Source of the DNA: Camelus dromedarius
Taxonomy: Eukaryota
Direction of reading: 5' to 3'
Assembly: GCF_036321535.1 (NCBI RefSeq)
Contig: NC_087456.1
Coordinates: forward strand, 36,580,001 to 36,644,000
DNA length: 64,000 bases
A model generated the notes under the pieces. The model did no database searches, was not told where the DNA came from, and saw only the letters and a list, made by a program, of their open reading frames with translations. This document shows positions 63,345-64,000 of the stretch, piece after piece; the first letter of the stretch is position 1, and every line of letters begins with the position of its first letter. The translations under genes were made by a program, and so were the position numbers.

Positions 63345-64000
63345 CTGCAAAGACAAGAGAACACCGCCACCAGTGCAGGCGGCAGTGGACCAACCTCCGA
63401 GCCGCTCCAGGAGCCCTTCCCTCTCAAAGCGGTCCCACCAGCCCTCCTGCCCTCTGCTCGCTACAGTTCTTCTCCAGAAACATCCGAGTTGCACCCTGCT
63501 CTTAAATAACGCAGATACACGGTGAAAGATCAAAACTGGGCCAGGGAGAGGCGTCTGCAACGACCAGGGAGGGAAAGCCGAGGTCTGGCTTCACGTCAGC
63601 TAGACTCTGTGACTTCGAGCCACCCTCCTGGGAAGAGAAACGCCCGTGGCCACGGAAACCTGGCTGAAACCTGAATTCTGCCTGCAATTTCCCCCACGCG
63701 TTCTTGTAGCCACTCATTTCTTGCTCCAAAGACCTCACGTGCATAAACGCTCTGTTTCCTGTCCTGTGAGGTTCCGGGCTTCCATCAAGTTTCACCTCCA
63801 ACATCTAGTGTTTTCTTTTTTAAAAAATCATGTTATTTTCTGCTACTCTCCAGTTTTCTAAAACTTGCTCCTTTCTCTCTTCTCCTTTGCCTACATTTCT
63901 CACTCCTTCCTCACACACTCACTAATCCTTGGCAAGCAACTGCTCAGGATGTCCTCTAAGCTAATTACGTGTGGGAGCGCTTTATACACCTTAAACCAGC

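Overview
This is mammalian genomic DNA, most likely from a camelid. The evidence for that is eight tRNA-derived SINEs with the tail 'aataaa..aacctaattacc.cccc', matching what I recall of Vic-1. Two known genes lie on the minus strand in the same order as human 1q32.1. (1) KIF14, a kinesin-3: CpG-island promoter near 36.4 kb, then 22 coding exons (numbered 2-23) traced by hand with consistent phases. The 3' end runs off the left edge. (2) DDX59, a DEAD-box helicase: exons 3-8, stop at 53176-53178; its 5' part is beyond the right edge. The rest is introns and about 16.6 kb of intergenic DNA with L1, L2, MIR, MLT, ERV LTRs, a Tigger1-type element, microsatellites and three N-masked blocks. I found no new protein-coding gene or clearly new biological system. 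The best leads are: a disabled homologue of the human alternative DDX59 last exon at 42.05-42.2 kb; a U12-consensus donor (GTATCCTTT) and a GC-AG intron in KIF14; substitutions at near-invariant kinesin motor residues alongside a sharp exon-by-exon GC3 mosaic; two overlapping uORFs in the KIF14 leader; and an 11-bp minisatellite with 33-bp higher-order structure in a 3'-truncated L1. Exon numbers and comparisons with human proteins come from my recollection, not a database search. Repeat boundaries are approximate.
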